A stretch of 63,751 nt of DNA, the filler included, from Lama guanicoe (lineage: Eukaryota): NCBI GenBank assembly GCA_013239625.1. It is 139 parts of 139 records of this genome, joined end to end, with 100 filler letters (N's around TTAATTAATTAA, not from the genome) between each part and the next. Parts side by side here need not be neighbours in the genome. Positions count along the whole stretch, not along the records: positions 37,168 to 37,527 come from PNXV01058055.1; positions 37,628 to 37,986 come from PNXV01058056.1; positions 38,087 to 38,446 come from PNXV01058057.1; positions 38,547 to 38,906 come from PNXV01058058.1; positions 39,007 to 39,366 come from PNXV01058059.1; positions 39,467 to 39,826 come from PNXV01058060.1; positions 39,927 to 40,286 come from PNXV01058061.1; positions 40,387 to 40,746 come from PNXV01058062.1; 131 more parts are not named here. The stretch is one strand, 5' to 3'. The position numbers were made by a program, and so were the translations under genes. Position 1 is the first letter of the stretch. Every line of letters starts with the position of its first letter. Positions 37,068 through 49,282 of this stretch are shown here, piece by piece. A model generated the notes under the pieces. The model was not told where the DNA came from and searched no databases. It worked only from the letters and a program-made list of their open reading frames with translations.

Positions 37068-37627
37068 NNNNNNNNNNNNNNNNNNNNNNNNNNNNNNNNN
37101 NNNNNNNNNNNTTAATTAATTAANNNNNNNNNNNNNNNNNNNNNNNNNNNNNNNNNNNNNNNNNNNNGATGTGGCGTCAGGAAACGTGCGGAGGCTGAGG
37201 AAGGGTGGACTCAGATTTCTTGTCAGAGGGAGCATCTTGAATTTGCGTAAGTCTTAGGAACAGCCCAGTGGGATCTCCTCTGACACCATTTGCTGTAGAT
37301 AATTCAGCATTAGATGAGTCCACCTTGTACTCTTGCCCAAAGGACAGAGCTGTTTAGCAAAATAACCCACAACAAGACTGATACGGTGCTGCAGTGTTGG
37401 TGTCAGAGTAAATATGCTTCCAACTCAGAGATGTTACTATTAATTGAACACACACAAATAAATACCTTATGACCAGCAGTTCACATGGGCAAGAAGGCAT
37501 AGTCCAGAGTCTGGGGGAAGTTTATGANNNNNNNNNNNNNNNNNNNNNNNNNNNNNNNNNNNNNNNNNNNNTTAATTAATTAANNNNNNNNNNNNNNNNN
37601 NNNNNNNNNNNNNNNNNNNNNNNNNNN

Positions 37628-37775
37628 TATAGCACAGGGAACTATATTCAATATCTTTAGTAACTTGTAATGAAAAAGAATATGAAAAATGAATATGAAT
37701 GTATAATTGAAACATTATGCTGTACCAGAAATTAACATATTATAGACTGACTATACTTCAATTCAAAAGAAAAGA
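37628..37775 (+). mobile_element. LINE-1 3' terminus
   Basis: tatagcacagggaactatattcaatatc...gactgactatacttcaatt followed by an A-rich tail. Confidence 0.88.
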
Positions 37776-37824
37776 AAATACAATTTAAAAATCTACCAAG
37801 GGTGCAAGTATAATGTTAACATCA

Positions 37825-37900
37825 GTTTACTCAACCTCTCTGAGCCTCTGTTTTCTCATCTGTAAAATGGGGATCATAATACCCACCTTCAAAGTTGTTG
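37825..37900 (+). mobile_element. MIR core
   Basis: ttactcaacctctctgagcctctgttttctcatctgtaaaatggggatcataatacccacc. Confidence 0.85.
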
Positions 37901-38117
37901 CCATCAGTTCCCTGGAGTCACCTCTCAGAAAAACCCTTGAATCCTTGACTCAGGACTTTTCCTGGGGGATCTGAAATTAAGACAGGNNNNNNNNNNNNNN
38001 NNNNNNNNNNNNNNNNNNNNNNNNNNNNNNTTAATTAATTAANNNNNNNNNNNNNNNNNNNNNNNNNNNNNNNNNNNNNNNNNNNNTTCGGAAACGCTCT
38101 CTCTCTTTTCCTTTTAG

Positions 38118-38169
38118 GACTTGGATTTCTCTGGCCGTGGAGAGACCAACACCCCCAGCCGCACCCTAC
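38118..38169 (+). other. Candidate 52-nt exon, gene unidentified
   Basis: Strong acceptor ctctctctcttttccttttag and a possible donor gtaggc at 38170. All three frames are open. Confidence 0.35.
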
Positions 38170-38546
38170 GTAGGCCCGCAGCTCCCAGGGGGCTCTGAGG
38201 CGCAGAAGCCACGATTTTCCTTAGCAGGGGAAGGCAACCCCTTCACCAGCTGCCGACCGGCCAGACTCAGCTCTGAAGCAGGTGTCTGTCTCGGGGCTGC
38301 GCTCACACTTCCCAAGCAGGAGGAGGGGCTCCCTGCGCCCTCCGGCTGCCCGAGACCTCCTGCTCCTCCAGACTTGGACCCCTGCCCCCATCCCAGGGGG
38401 TGCAGCCTGCTTCCTGGCACCCCTTCATCCCCCAGGCACGTGGTTGNNNNNNNNNNNNNNNNNNNNNNNNNNNNNNNNNNNNNNNNNNNNTTAATTAATT
38501 AANNNNNNNNNNNNNNNNNNNNNNNNNNNNNNNNNNNNNNNNNNNN

Positions 38547-38906
38547 GAAAACCAGTAATTAAAAAAATATATGCATGCCCACATTCATCCCAGTATTATT
38601 TACATTAGCCAAGCTGTGGAAATAACCTAAGTCCCCATGGATGGATGAATGGATAAAGATGCCATATATATATATACATACAGTAAGATACATTCAGCCA
38701 TTGAAAAAAAGATGAAATCTTTCCCTTTGCAACAACAGGATGGAACTTGAGGGTGTTATGATAAGAGAAAAATGTCAGACAGAAAAAGACAAATACCATA
38801 TAAGTTCAGTCATATGTGGTATATATGTGGAAAAAGAACATAGACAAACCATAGATAACAAATACTTAGATACAGAGAACAGATTGATGCTTACCAGAGA
38901 GGAAGA
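38547..38906 (+). mobile_element. LINE-1 ORF2 C-terminus / 3' UTR
   Basis: ggatgaatggataaag...ttccctttgcaacaacaggatggaacttgagggtgttatg...cagacagaaaaagacaaataccatat. Confidence 0.92.
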
Positions 38907-39304
38907 NNNNNNNNNNNNNNNNNNNNNNNNNNNNNNNNNNNNNNNNNNNNTTAATTAATTAANNNNNNNNNNNNNNNNNNNNNNNNNNNNNNNNNNNNNN
39001 NNNNNNTTTTTTTTTTCAGCCACTTTCTCCCTTTCTAGGTCATACCTCAGTTAATGCTGTCTGCCTTGGGGATGAGACTCCATCCTATCTTGGGTGTCTG
39101 ACTGTAGAGGAGAAGGCAAATGCGTGTATTTTCCCAGTTTTCTAGGATGCTCTTTGTCCTGTGGGGTGATATATTAGAGACACTTTACAAAACCGTATGC
39201 TGTTGGGAAAGTAACAAGACTTGCCTTACCCAGTGTGTAGGCTGGAAGTGAAGGTCAGTGGTGGGCGTGGCAGTGGCAGCCGCATAGGCTTACTGAGCCA
39301 TCCT

Positions 39305-39320
39305 CCAGCAGGGGGCAGCA
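39305..39320 (+). promoter_or_regulatory. CTCF-like motif
   Basis: CCAGCAGGGGGCAGCA fits the CTCF core consensus. Binding is not shown. Confidence 0.5.
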
Positions 39321-40913
39321 CTTCCTTTACTGCTGGTGGAAGAGAGGGAGAGTGTGTGTGTGTGTGNNNNNNNNNNNNNNNNNNNNNNNNNNNNNNNNNN
39401 NNNNNNNNNNTTAATTAATTAANNNNNNNNNNNNNNNNNNNNNNNNNNNNNNNNNNNNNNNNNNNNAGACCTGATTTCCTGTTGTTGGACCATTTCCTCT
39501 AGTCTCCTGGTCTTCCAGGATTTACGGTTAATTGTAAGCATCCCAAGCTCACACTCTACATCAATTACCAGCTAACCCTTCAGGTGCTAATTAAACATCA
39601 GGGGTAACTTCCCAGCCAGAGGAGAGCAAGGCTGTCCTCCCAGTGTCTGGGGAGAAGGAGCAGAGCCCACATAGAAACAGATGGAGACAAGGAGGGCAAA
39701 TTTCGTCTGCAGGATGATTTTGAAATGAACAGGGAGCATGACATAGGATGATTTGTCACCTAAGAGCCTTATTCTCAGAAGTAGCCTTCACTACATAAGC
39801 ACATAAGCTTGCTCCACTGAACCAGANNNNNNNNNNNNNNNNNNNNNNNNNNNNNNNNNNNNNNNNNNNNTTAATTAATTAANNNNNNNNNNNNNNNNNN
39901 NNNNNNNNNNNNNNNNNNNNNNNNNNAAAAAAAAAATCCTTGCAAATAGCGTCTTGTTAGGTATTTGGACAAGACAACCAGTAAATTCTCCCAGCAGTAT
40001 TGAACCCCCTTCTTCCTCCAGGGGGTCTCCAAAGTATACATGTTCCAAATCTGACCCTAAATCGATGAGCCTTTTTTTTAAATCACTTCACAATGGACAA
40101 AAGATATCACTAAAGAAGGTAAGAAAACAGCAGGTCCCCATCATCAAGAGTCCCTCCCAAAAGCCCACAAAAGTAAAGAGGAGATGAACGAAACAATTTA
40201 TTTTTACACATTCAGGAGCCAACCAGAAAAGTAACTAGCATGTTAATTGGTGAAAGTTAAAGGCTTTTTTATCAACCTAACTTAATNNNNNNNNNNNNNN
40301 NNNNNNNNNNNNNNNNNNNNNNNNNNNNNNTTAATTAATTAANNNNNNNNNNNNNNNNNNNNNNNNNNNNNNNNNNNNNNNNNNNNTCTAATACAACATT
40401 GCAAGTCAACTATACTTCAGTTAAAAAAATCTTCACAATTCTGTGTAGAGCATGATCAAGAAGAACTAGGGGAGAAGTTTATATTTTCTCAGAATTTGGT
40501 TGGAATCAATTGGAGATGACTGACCGTGCAAGAAGAGTCAGAGGAGAACAGCCAATCCAGGAGTCTGGGATCAGGCGGGACTGGATTTAATTTCAGAGCA
40601 ACCTGGTTCCCCCAATGGCTTAAAGGTCAGGGACATTTGTGAATCAAAGAGGTGAGTCTGTTCTTTGTCACTTCCAGTATTTGGCCAACCCATTGGCGCA
40701 CTGGCATCCATGACTTTGGATGCAACATTGAGTCTGTGCACCCTGCNNNNNNNNNNNNNNNNNNNNNNNNNNNNNNNNNNNNNNNNNNNNTTAATTAATT
40801 AANNNNNNNNNNNNNNNNNNNNNNNNNNNNNNNNNNNNNNNNNNNNCTCCATAACATGTCCAGTAGTTCAAATGTAGCCAAAGGGTTTACAGATCTTTGC
40901 TCTTTCCTTACAG

Positions 40914-40958
40914 GACAGACATTCATGAACTGAAATGCTGGACTCTGAACATAATAAA
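40914..40958 (+). other. Candidate 45-nt exon, gene unidentified
   Basis: Acceptor ctttgctctttccttacag and donor AAA|GTAAGT. Either the open frame TDIHELKCWTLNIIK or a UTR followed by MLDSEHNK. Confidence 0.5.
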
Positions 40959-41481
40959 GTAAGTATATGTAATCATTCTCCATTATTCAGGAAACCCAAA
41001 ATTCAACAATGCTGTATCAAGGCAGGGCAGTATAACTAATTGAGAATCAAAAGATTGCAAAAGCTATTTCTGTATTACACTTTTATTGGTATAAGTCACA
41101 AACAGAAACATTCTTATGTAAACAATTCATACATAATTTGTTTTCTCTCCAACCAATATGTTGAATTAACATTAGTTGGTGATTCAGACAAATCCTGCCA
41201 ACAATTNNNNNNNNNNNNNNNNNNNNNNNNNNNNNNNNNNNNNNNNNNNNTTAATTAATTAANNNNNNNNNNNNNNNNNNNNNNNNNNNNNNNNNNNNNN
41301 NNNNNNACAAGGTAGATGGTATATAAGGCAGGACATAACACAGTCATGTACAATCAAAATTATAAATGAAGTTTAAAATATTTACATAATAGAGAATTAA
41401 AATTAGGTAAAGAAGGGACAATAGTAAGGCAGTACTTTCTTAGATTACAACCTCCCCTGTGCTGTCCTTTCTGCCATTCAT

Positions 41482-41600
41482 ATCTGTTTTTATTTTTTTT
41501 GGCGGTTTTTTTTTTTTTAAATAATGGAGGTACTGGGGATTGAACCCAGGACCTCGTGCATGGTAAACATTCACACTACCACTGAGCTAAACCCCCCTCC
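41482..41600 (-). mobile_element. Camelid vic-1-type tRNA-Ala-derived SINE with TSD
   Basis: Reverse complement reads ggaggggggtttagctcagtggtag...gaggtcctgggttcaatccccagtacctcc plus an A-tail. TCTGCCA(T/G)TCAT flanks it at 41470-41481 and 41601-41612. Confidence 0.88.
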
Positions 41601-41859
41601 TCTGCCAGTCATTCCTAATTAGAGTTGGAGGTATGGGTTGTGGAAGGTGTAATAGTATTGGAANNNNNNNNNNNNNNNNNNNNNNNNNNNNNNNNNNNNN
41701 NNNNNNNTTAATTAATTAANNNNNNNNNNNNNNNNNNNNNNNNNNNNNNNNNNNNNNNNNNNNCCCAAACTGCCCACGCCACCTTCCACTTCCCACATCC
41801 ATTGATTTCTGCATCTTTGAATGATATCCCACCTGTCACGTTGCTCTCGCTTAGGAACT

Positions 41860-42030
41860 GAGCTCCCATTGGCTGCATCCTCTGTCTAATCACCTCCATC
41901 CAGTCACAAAACTCTATCCGTTATTTCTCTTTATGCTTTTTCAATAGCGTCCCATCATTGTAGCATCATTGTCACTAACTTAGCTCAAACACACATAGTT
42001 CTTAGGCTGAATTACTCCGGTCTATTTTTT
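41860..42030 (+). mobile_element. L2 fragment
   Basis: cacctccatccagtcacaaaactctatccgttatttctc...cactaacttagctcaaac follows the L2 3' region. Confidence 0.5.
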
Positions 42031-42683
42031 ACTGAAACCTAACATGGTGCCCCGGGCTCTCACTCAGGCTGGGGCCTGAGCCCTGATCTCCCAACACTGG
42101 TCTTCACCTCACGGACTCTGACTNNNNNNNNNNNNNNNNNNNNNNNNNNNNNNNNNNNNNNNNNNNNTTAATTAATTAANNNNNNNNNNNNNNNNNNNNN
42201 NNNNNNNNNNNNNNNNNNNNNNNAATGATCTCATCTGACTCTCTTACAATGAGGACTTTTTAGATTTATTTTCCCATCATACTTTCTAGTTGTTGTTCTA
42301 GAAATAGTAGTATCTATCTTGTCTTACTAGATTTTTGTCTCTAAATAGCATACTGTTTCATGAGTGATATATGGGACATAACTGCATAATTCCACTTTTC
42401 TCATAGTTTCCTTGATGCCATATACTTTATTTCTACATATACTATAAAGTCCATAGAATGCATAAATGTCCTTTCAAATAATTAGTTGATAGTATATCCT
42501 TTGACTATATACACAATTTTGGCCCCCAAACTTCTGACTCCTGGTGTAAGGCCCAAGAATAAGTTCCATTAAATTGAAGACTTNNNNNNNNNNNNNNNNN
42601 NNNNNNNNNNNNNNNNNNNNNNNNNNNTTAATTAATTAANNNNNNNNNNNNNNNNNNNNNNNNNNNNNNNNNNNNNNNNNNNN

Positions 42684-43043
42684 ATGTCTACCCTGGCTTT
42701 CTTCTGATTTTCATTTGCATGGAATACCATTTTCCATCCCCTCAGTTTCAGTCTGTGTATGTCTTTAGATCTCAACTGAATCTCTTTTAGGCAGCACATA
42801 TATGGGGCTTGTTTATGTATCCATTCAGCTACCCTATAGCTTTTGATTGCAGCATTTAGTCCATTACATTTAAAATAATTATTGCCATGTACATTCATAC
42901 TGCCATCTTTTTTAATTATTTGAAGGTTGTTTTTGAAGGTCTTTTTGTTCCTTCTTTTGTTCTCTTCTCATATGATTTGATGACTATCTTTTGTGTTATG
43001 CTTGGATTCCTTTTTATTTTTGTTTGCACATTACAGATTTTTT
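42684..43043 (-). mobile_element. LINE-1 inter-ORF region and ORF2 endonuclease N-terminus
   Basis: NGLNAAIKSYRVAEWIHKQAPYMCCLKEIQLRSKDIHRLKLRGWKMVFHANENQKKARV. Confidence 0.95.
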
Positions 43044-44523
43044 NNNNNNNNNNNNNNNNNNNNNNNNNNNNNNNNNNNNNNNNNNNNTTAATTAATTAAN
43101 NNNNNNNNNNNNNNNNNNNNNNNNNNNNNNNNNNNNNNNNNNNCCCCCTAATCTGAGTTTAAATTGTTACTCTGGGATTTTGATAATATTGACAGAAATT
43201 ATAGTTTAGAAAGGAATCATAATATAGAGAGGAATTGAATTATAATACAGATAGGAAAGGCAATAGATATTAATTGGTTAATGAGTATCTGAATATGAGG
43301 ACACAGTTTTGATGAAAGGTAATGATAGTATTTATCTAACAATTTCAAAATGTTTACAACAACTGAAGCAAAGAAACTTAAAATTTTATCTAAGTGCTAA
43401 CTTTTGTAATGACCATCTCTCTAGTAAATACAGTTCCTACTAAGGGTTATAAATAGACATGTTTCTATTGTACATTTAGAATTATGCACACTTTTATGTA
43501 TTTNNNNNNNNNNNNNNNNNNNNNNNNNNNNNNNNNNNNNNNNNNNNTTAATTAATTAANNNNNNNNNNNNNNNNNNNNNNNNNNNNNNNNNNNNNNNNN
43601 NNNTATGGTCCAGGTGCCCAGGGCAGAAGTGTGGGGCAAATCTGAGCCTTTCTCAGTGGTTAAAAGATGGCTCGAGGCATGTTCCTTTCAATACAAAGGA
43701 GGAGGAAGTGTCAACACTTTTTTTTAAATTAATGGAAATTCAGAGGCAGGTGCATTTAAATAGAGAAATAAATACAGAAAAATGTCTCACTGAATATGCT
43801 ATTGCCTACCACCTAAGAGCAACTACAAATATCTTATTTTCAGTGTGACTAAGAATTCTGATCCGTCTAGTAATGAAGAGTTAGTAAATGAAAGTTAACG
43901 GTGCCACACCCCATACGTCTAATTTAGCACACATTTTATGTCGCCACTGGGCTCTCTCTTGGCNNNNNNNNNNNNNNNNNNNNNNNNNNNNNNNNNNNNN
44001 NNNNNNNTTAATTAATTAANNNNNNNNNNNNNNNNNNNNNNNNNNNNNNNNNNNNNNNNNNNNGGTAGAGGAATTAAACCCTTTTTAAGTTCACATGTTG
44101 GGAAATATAGTTCAGTGACTACAAAACACTACTGTAAAGCACATGCATGATCCACTTTGTGCTTCAGGTAAATTCTTTTTATTTTTACCTTAATATTTAC
44201 AAAATAATTATTCTCTGCAATTGATAGTTCACCCTAAATAAAAGCCTGACTATGACCCTCTGGGTGACTTGGAAGAATTATTCATAGCATGTGTATAAAA
44301 TATGTGACTAATATGAAGTAGGAATGAATAGCCAGAGCTGGTTGAAAAGATGAGGATCCCAAGTAATACTGACCTGGGAGAAGTTTGTCAAGTCTAACAT
44401 AAAGAAATATTGTAAATATAACTNNNNNNNNNNNNNNNNNNNNNNNNNNNNNNNNNNNNNNNNNNNNTTAATTAATTAANNNNNNNNNNNNNNNNNNNNN
44501 NNNNNNNNNNNNNNNNNNNNNNN

Positions 44524-44883
44524 AAAAAAAAAAAAGATTGCTGGCAAAATATCACTACTCATTGACAATGTACCTGCTCACCCAAGAGCTCTGATGGAAG
44601 TGCGCAGTGAGATTAATGTTGTTTTCATGCCTACTAACACTTTCTGCAGCCCATGGATCAAGGAGTCATTTTAACTTTCAAGTCATTATTTATGAAATAC
44701 ATTTTGTAAGGCTATAGCTGCCGTAGATAGCGATTCTTCGGGTGGATCTGGACAAAGTAAATGGAAAAATTTCTGGAAAGGATTCACTATTCTAGATGCT
44801 TTTAAGGACATTTGGGAAGAGGTCAACATATCAACATTAGCTGGAGTTTGGTAGAAGTTGATTGCAACTCTCATGGATGACTT
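44524..44883 (+). mobile_element. Tigger1 (pogo-like) transposase DDE-domain fragment, degenerate
   Basis: LLIDNVPAHPRALMEVRSEINVVFMP...LQPMDQGVILTFK...[31 protein letters not shown]. Confidence 0.93.
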
Positions 44884-46363
44884 NNNNNNNNNNNNNNNNN
44901 NNNNNNNNNNNNNNNNNNNNNNNNNNNTTAATTAATTAANNNNNNNNNNNNNNNNNNNNNNNNNNNNNNNNNNNNNNNNNNNNCCTTGGATGGACTTTAA
45001 AATAAAAAGTCATTTACGAGTCAATACATGATGTAGGAATATCCAGGGAACCTGTGGGACAATTACTTTCCTGTTTTGCCTCTTTTATGATTCTTTGCCA
45101 ATCTGATGTTATTTCTCCAAAAAAGCTAGAGAAAAATCTACTTCCTTCACATAACGGTAAACAGGCTGAACCTCACAGTGTGTTTATTTTTCCTTTTACT
45201 GCAGTTCCACCAGACTCATCTATGTCTTCAATCCATGTTACAAATTTTAAAATTGATGACTAAGGGCTGTCATTACTCAGTCTCCCCTCCCTCTCTCTTT
45301 CCGATGGAGAACTTACTAAAGTGTCATCTACAGGGAATTTTCANNNNNNNNNNNNNNNNNNNNNNNNNNNNNNNNNNNNNNNNNNNNTTAATTAATTAAN
45401 NNNNNNNNNNNNNNNNNNNNNNNNNNNNNNNNNNNNNNNNNNNAGAAAGGATGAATGGTTTTTGGCAGTCGGTCATCATTGTCCGTTTCACTCAAAGTCA
45501 ATTTGCCAGTTGCATTCCCATAATTTTTTAAACAAAGGATACGCCATTGTTGTGTTAAGCTCGTTCTGGTAGTTCCCACTTGCAATTCTTTTCAAGAAAT
45601 TACGTCTTACAGGAGAGCTACAGGATAAAACTATGTTGGTTGTACTTTGTACCCATCATCTGCCCTTAACATAGTTTGTAGAAACTACTTTAAAAAAAGT
45701 TAAGTTGAAGTTGTAGATAAGGAGTTTAGATGGACTAAAATGGCAAAATACAATCAGTTAAGCAAATAGACCACTCACTAATTTGCATTCAATAAATGCT
45801 GTTNNNNNNNNNNNNNNNNNNNNNNNNNNNNNNNNNNNNNNNNNNNNTTAATTAATTAANNNNNNNNNNNNNNNNNNNNNNNNNNNNNNNNNNNNNNNNN
45901 NNNTCTGGAAGGATAAAAACAAATTGGTAACAGTGATTACAATGAGGGAACTGGAGTTATTGGGAATATTTTACAGGGGGACTATATTCATCAGTTATTT
46001 CAGCACTGAAATTTAATGTTTTTAAATTTCAAATGAGAGAAGTACTGAAGTTGCATTTAGAAGGGAACTTTCATAAACTGCAAAGTTTAAACAGGCACCA
46101 AAATGTTTGTCAGTAGTTATTTAGCAAAGTGATAGTCAACTACAGAAGAGATTAGTAGGACACCATTAAAAAGATGATACATAAACATCTATACTTACTG
46201 AAACAGTGGCATGATAAAAGCAGGTCATGGCACAGCATGCACGTCATGATCACACTCAATAAANNNNNNNNNNNNNNNNNNNNNNNNNNNNNNNNNNNNN
46301 NNNNNNNTTAATTAATTAANNNNNNNNNNNNNNNNNNNNNNNNNNNNNNNNNNNNNNNNNNNN

Positions 46364-46723
46364 TAAGTCTTTGATCCATTTTGAGTTAATTTTTGTGAGT
46401 GGTATAAGATAGAGGTCCAGTTTTATTCTTTTCTGTGTTAAGATGTAGTTTTCCCAGCATCATTTATTGAAAAGACTACTGTTTTCCTAGAATATTCCTG
46501 GCTTCCCTGTCAAATATTGATTGACCACATATGCATTGATTTACCTCTGGGCTGTCAGCTCTGTTCCTTTGGTCTATGTGTCTGTTTTTATACCAGTTAT
46601 TATACTGTTTTGATTACTATAGCTTTGTAAAATAGTTTGAAATCAGAGAATGTGGTAGCTCCAGTTTTGTTCTTCTTTCTCAAGGTTGCTTTGGCTATTC
46701 AAGGTCTTTTGTGGTTCATACAA
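46364..46723 (-). mobile_element. LINE-1 ORF2 fragment
   Basis: ctttgatccattttgagttaatttttgtg...tactgttttgattactatagctttgtaaaatagtttgaaatcag...gttcttctttctcaaggttgctttggctatt. Confidence 0.93.
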
Positions 46724-47743
46724 NNNNNNNNNNNNNNNNNNNNNNNNNNNNNNNNNNNNNNNNNNNNTTAATTAATTAANNNNNNNNNNNNNNNNNNNNN
46801 NNNNNNNNNNNNNNNNNNNNNNNTCCTAAGGTAGGTCTTATCTATGGCTTGCAAATGTTTTGCTGTGTATGGAGTGCAGGGAGGTTCTAGTTTGCTAAAA
46901 ATAAATGCTGATCAGGGCTATATGCAAAGCAAATGGATGTGTAAAAATTTAAGTTTGGCACTTGCAGGTTTTTGAGTGAATGGTCCCAGCTTGCTGTGAA
47001 GAAGTAAATAAAATAGGGGTCAATACAGGAATTATCTTTGGCCAATGGGGAAGGAAGTAGGACTATAGAGACCTATAAGATTTAATCAATTGTGTGAATC
47101 ATGTTAATACACTTTCTGTAGAAAATCATAACACTTTACTACTATTTAAGAAATTAAAATTGGAAGATGAGAAAATGAAGATANNNNNNNNNNNNNNNNN
47201 NNNNNNNNNNNNNNNNNNNNNNNNNNNTTAATTAATTAANNNNNNNNNNNNNNNNNNNNNNNNNNNNNNNNNNNNNNNNNNNNTGCAGGAGGTGCAGGGC
47301 CAGCAGGCAGGGAGGGCAGAACATTCAGCATGAGCTGCCCAAACAGCGTGGTGGGGTCCTGACTGCCCCCCTGGACTGAGCAGAGCTGGGGACACTCACA
47401 GGCACCTGGTCAGAGAGGGAGTGACTGCCTGGATATCTGTCCACTCCCAGGCCAAGCTGGACAACCATCCAGCCCCCGCCCACCCTCCATCCCAGGTCCC
47501 TCTGACACTCAGGGCTCAGTGATCTCAGGGCTTTGGGACGCTGTGGAATTTATACACAAGAGAGGTCGCTCAGGCTCCTCGGCGCCCCCCGTGTCTGGCC
47601 TGAGTAACTGCTCCAGTACCAGGCATCCTGGCCACCAAGGGCANNNNNNNNNNNNNNNNNNNNNNNNNNNNNNNNNNNNNNNNNNNNTTAATTAATTAAN
47701 NNNNNNNNNNNNNNNNNNNNNNNNNNNNNNNNNNNNNNNNNNN

Positions 47744-48103
47744 CCATCTTACCTAAGTCAGAATTCAGGCTCCTTTTATACTAAAAAGGGGAAATGGTTT
47801 GGTTGTTGCAAACTTCTTGGTGTTGGAATTCTCTATTCTTATAGCTGTCCACGTAGTTCAGGTCACAGTATTCCTGTAAACCTCCAACAAGAAAAATGTT
47901 ATTCTCTGTTTTGAAGCTTTTTATTTCTATATGAATGGGAAAGTTTTATACCAATGAAGGTCAAAGCCTTAAGAATGGGCTATCCTGTATATTTCAGGCT
48001 ATAGGCAAACTTCTTGTACAAAAGGTGCAGAATCAGCAAGACTAAGCCGAGGAAACAGAGCCCAGGGTTAGAGCTAAAGGAACAGATCTAATATGGAGTC
48101 AGA
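47744..48103 (-). mobile_element. ERV1-type LTR fragment (MER41-like)
   Basis: ggttgttgcaaacttcttggtg...ttcctgtaaacctccaacaag...gaatgggctatcctgtatatttcaggctataggcaa. Confidence 0.75.
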
Positions 48104-48203
48104 NNNNNNNNNNNNNNNNNNNNNNNNNNNNNNNNNNNNNNNNNNNNTTAATTAATTAANNNNNNNNNNNNNNNNNNNNNNNNNNNNNNNNNNNNNNNNN
48201 NNN

Positions 48204-48498
48204 ATGAAATTCACCATACTACGTGGGTGTGCGGTTCATGGAATCCCAAAATGATTTCAATAGTAACATCAAAGATCACTGATAACAGATCACCATGACA
48301 AATACATAAATATTGAAAAAGCTTGAAATATTATGAGAATTGCTAAGTGTAATACAGAGACTCAAAGTGAACAAATACTTGGAAAAATGGTGCCAACAGA
48401 TTTGCTGTACATGGGATTGTCACAAACCCTCAATTTGTAAAAAACATAGCATCTGTGAAATACAATAAAGTGAAGTACAATAAAACAAGGTCTACCTT
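48204..48498 (+). mobile_element. Tigger1 right end with decayed TIR and TA target
   Basis: aatagtaacatcaaagatcactgataacagatcacc...tcaatttgtaaaaaacatagcatctgtgaaatacaataaagtgaagtacaataaaacaaggtctacctt|TA. Confidence 0.92.
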
Positions 48499-48535
48499 TA
48501 CAGGCCTTTGTTAGTGTTCCAGAATTCCACATGAA

Positions 48536-48561
48536 TGTGTGTGTGTGTGTGTGTGTGTGTG
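48536..48561. repeat. (TG)13 microsatellite, cut by contig end
   Basis: Direct reading. Confidence 0.95.
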
Positions 48562-48661
48562 NNNNNNNNNNNNNNNNNNNNNNNNNNNNNNNNNNNNNNN
48601 NNNNNTTAATTAATTAANNNNNNNNNNNNNNNNNNNNNNNNNNNNNNNNNNNNNNNNNNNN

Positions 48662-48713
48662 ATCTTGCTCTGGAACTGGTGCTGCAGCTCCAGGACAAGA
48701 AACCATCATCGAC
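48662..48713 (+). other. Candidate exon 3' end, gene unidentified
   Basis: GAC|GTGAGT donor at 48714. All three upstream frames are open (e.g. ILLWNWCCSSRTRNHHR). Confidence 0.3.
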
Positions 48714-49121
48714 GTGAGTGCCTTTGCCTGTTCCTGCCAAGTACATTCATTCCAGTCAATGAAGCGTGAGGCCGAGATCCCACCCCTAGGAAGTCTTCTA
48801 AGACTGCAGTCCATGGGAAGAGTGATCTGAGCCTGATCACTGCTCCTGACCCCACCCCTGCCTCTGGAGGCTCGAGAACAGCCCTGTATCCCTGACACAT
48901 GCCCACAGCACCCACCCTGTCTACCTCACCCTCATTCTCTGCCTCAGCAAGTTTGAGTTGCTCCATCAGTGGCAGAAGACTGTGGACATGGTGTTCCAGG
49001 CCCAAGTTGGGAATATTGAGANNNNNNNNNNNNNNNNNNNNNNNNNNNNNNNNNNNNNNNNNNNNTTAATTAATTAANNNNNNNNNNNNNNNNNNNNNNN
49101 NNNNNNNNNNNNNNNNNNNNN

Positions 49122-49282
49122 CCAAGTGGGGGGTTCCCGGTGTTGAAGGACCAGCCTGCTGTGAGCGCCCTTTGCCAGCAAAGTAACACAGCTGCCTCTT
49201 CTCTTCTACCTACGCTCCAAGACCCGGTCGCTGAGTTATTTGGCTCTTCAGGGACGGGGTGGGGGAGGGTATTTTGGCAACA
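49122..49282 (+). mobile_element. ERV LTR 3' end
   Basis: gtgagcgccctttgccagcaaagtaa...tatttggctc...ttttggcaaca terminus. Confidence 0.5.

Noticed and set aside
44524..48498. Two Tigger1 pieces as one element or a domesticated TIGD1 gene
   Set aside because: They are on separate contigs with arbitrary adjacency, and the transposase piece has frameshifts and stops.
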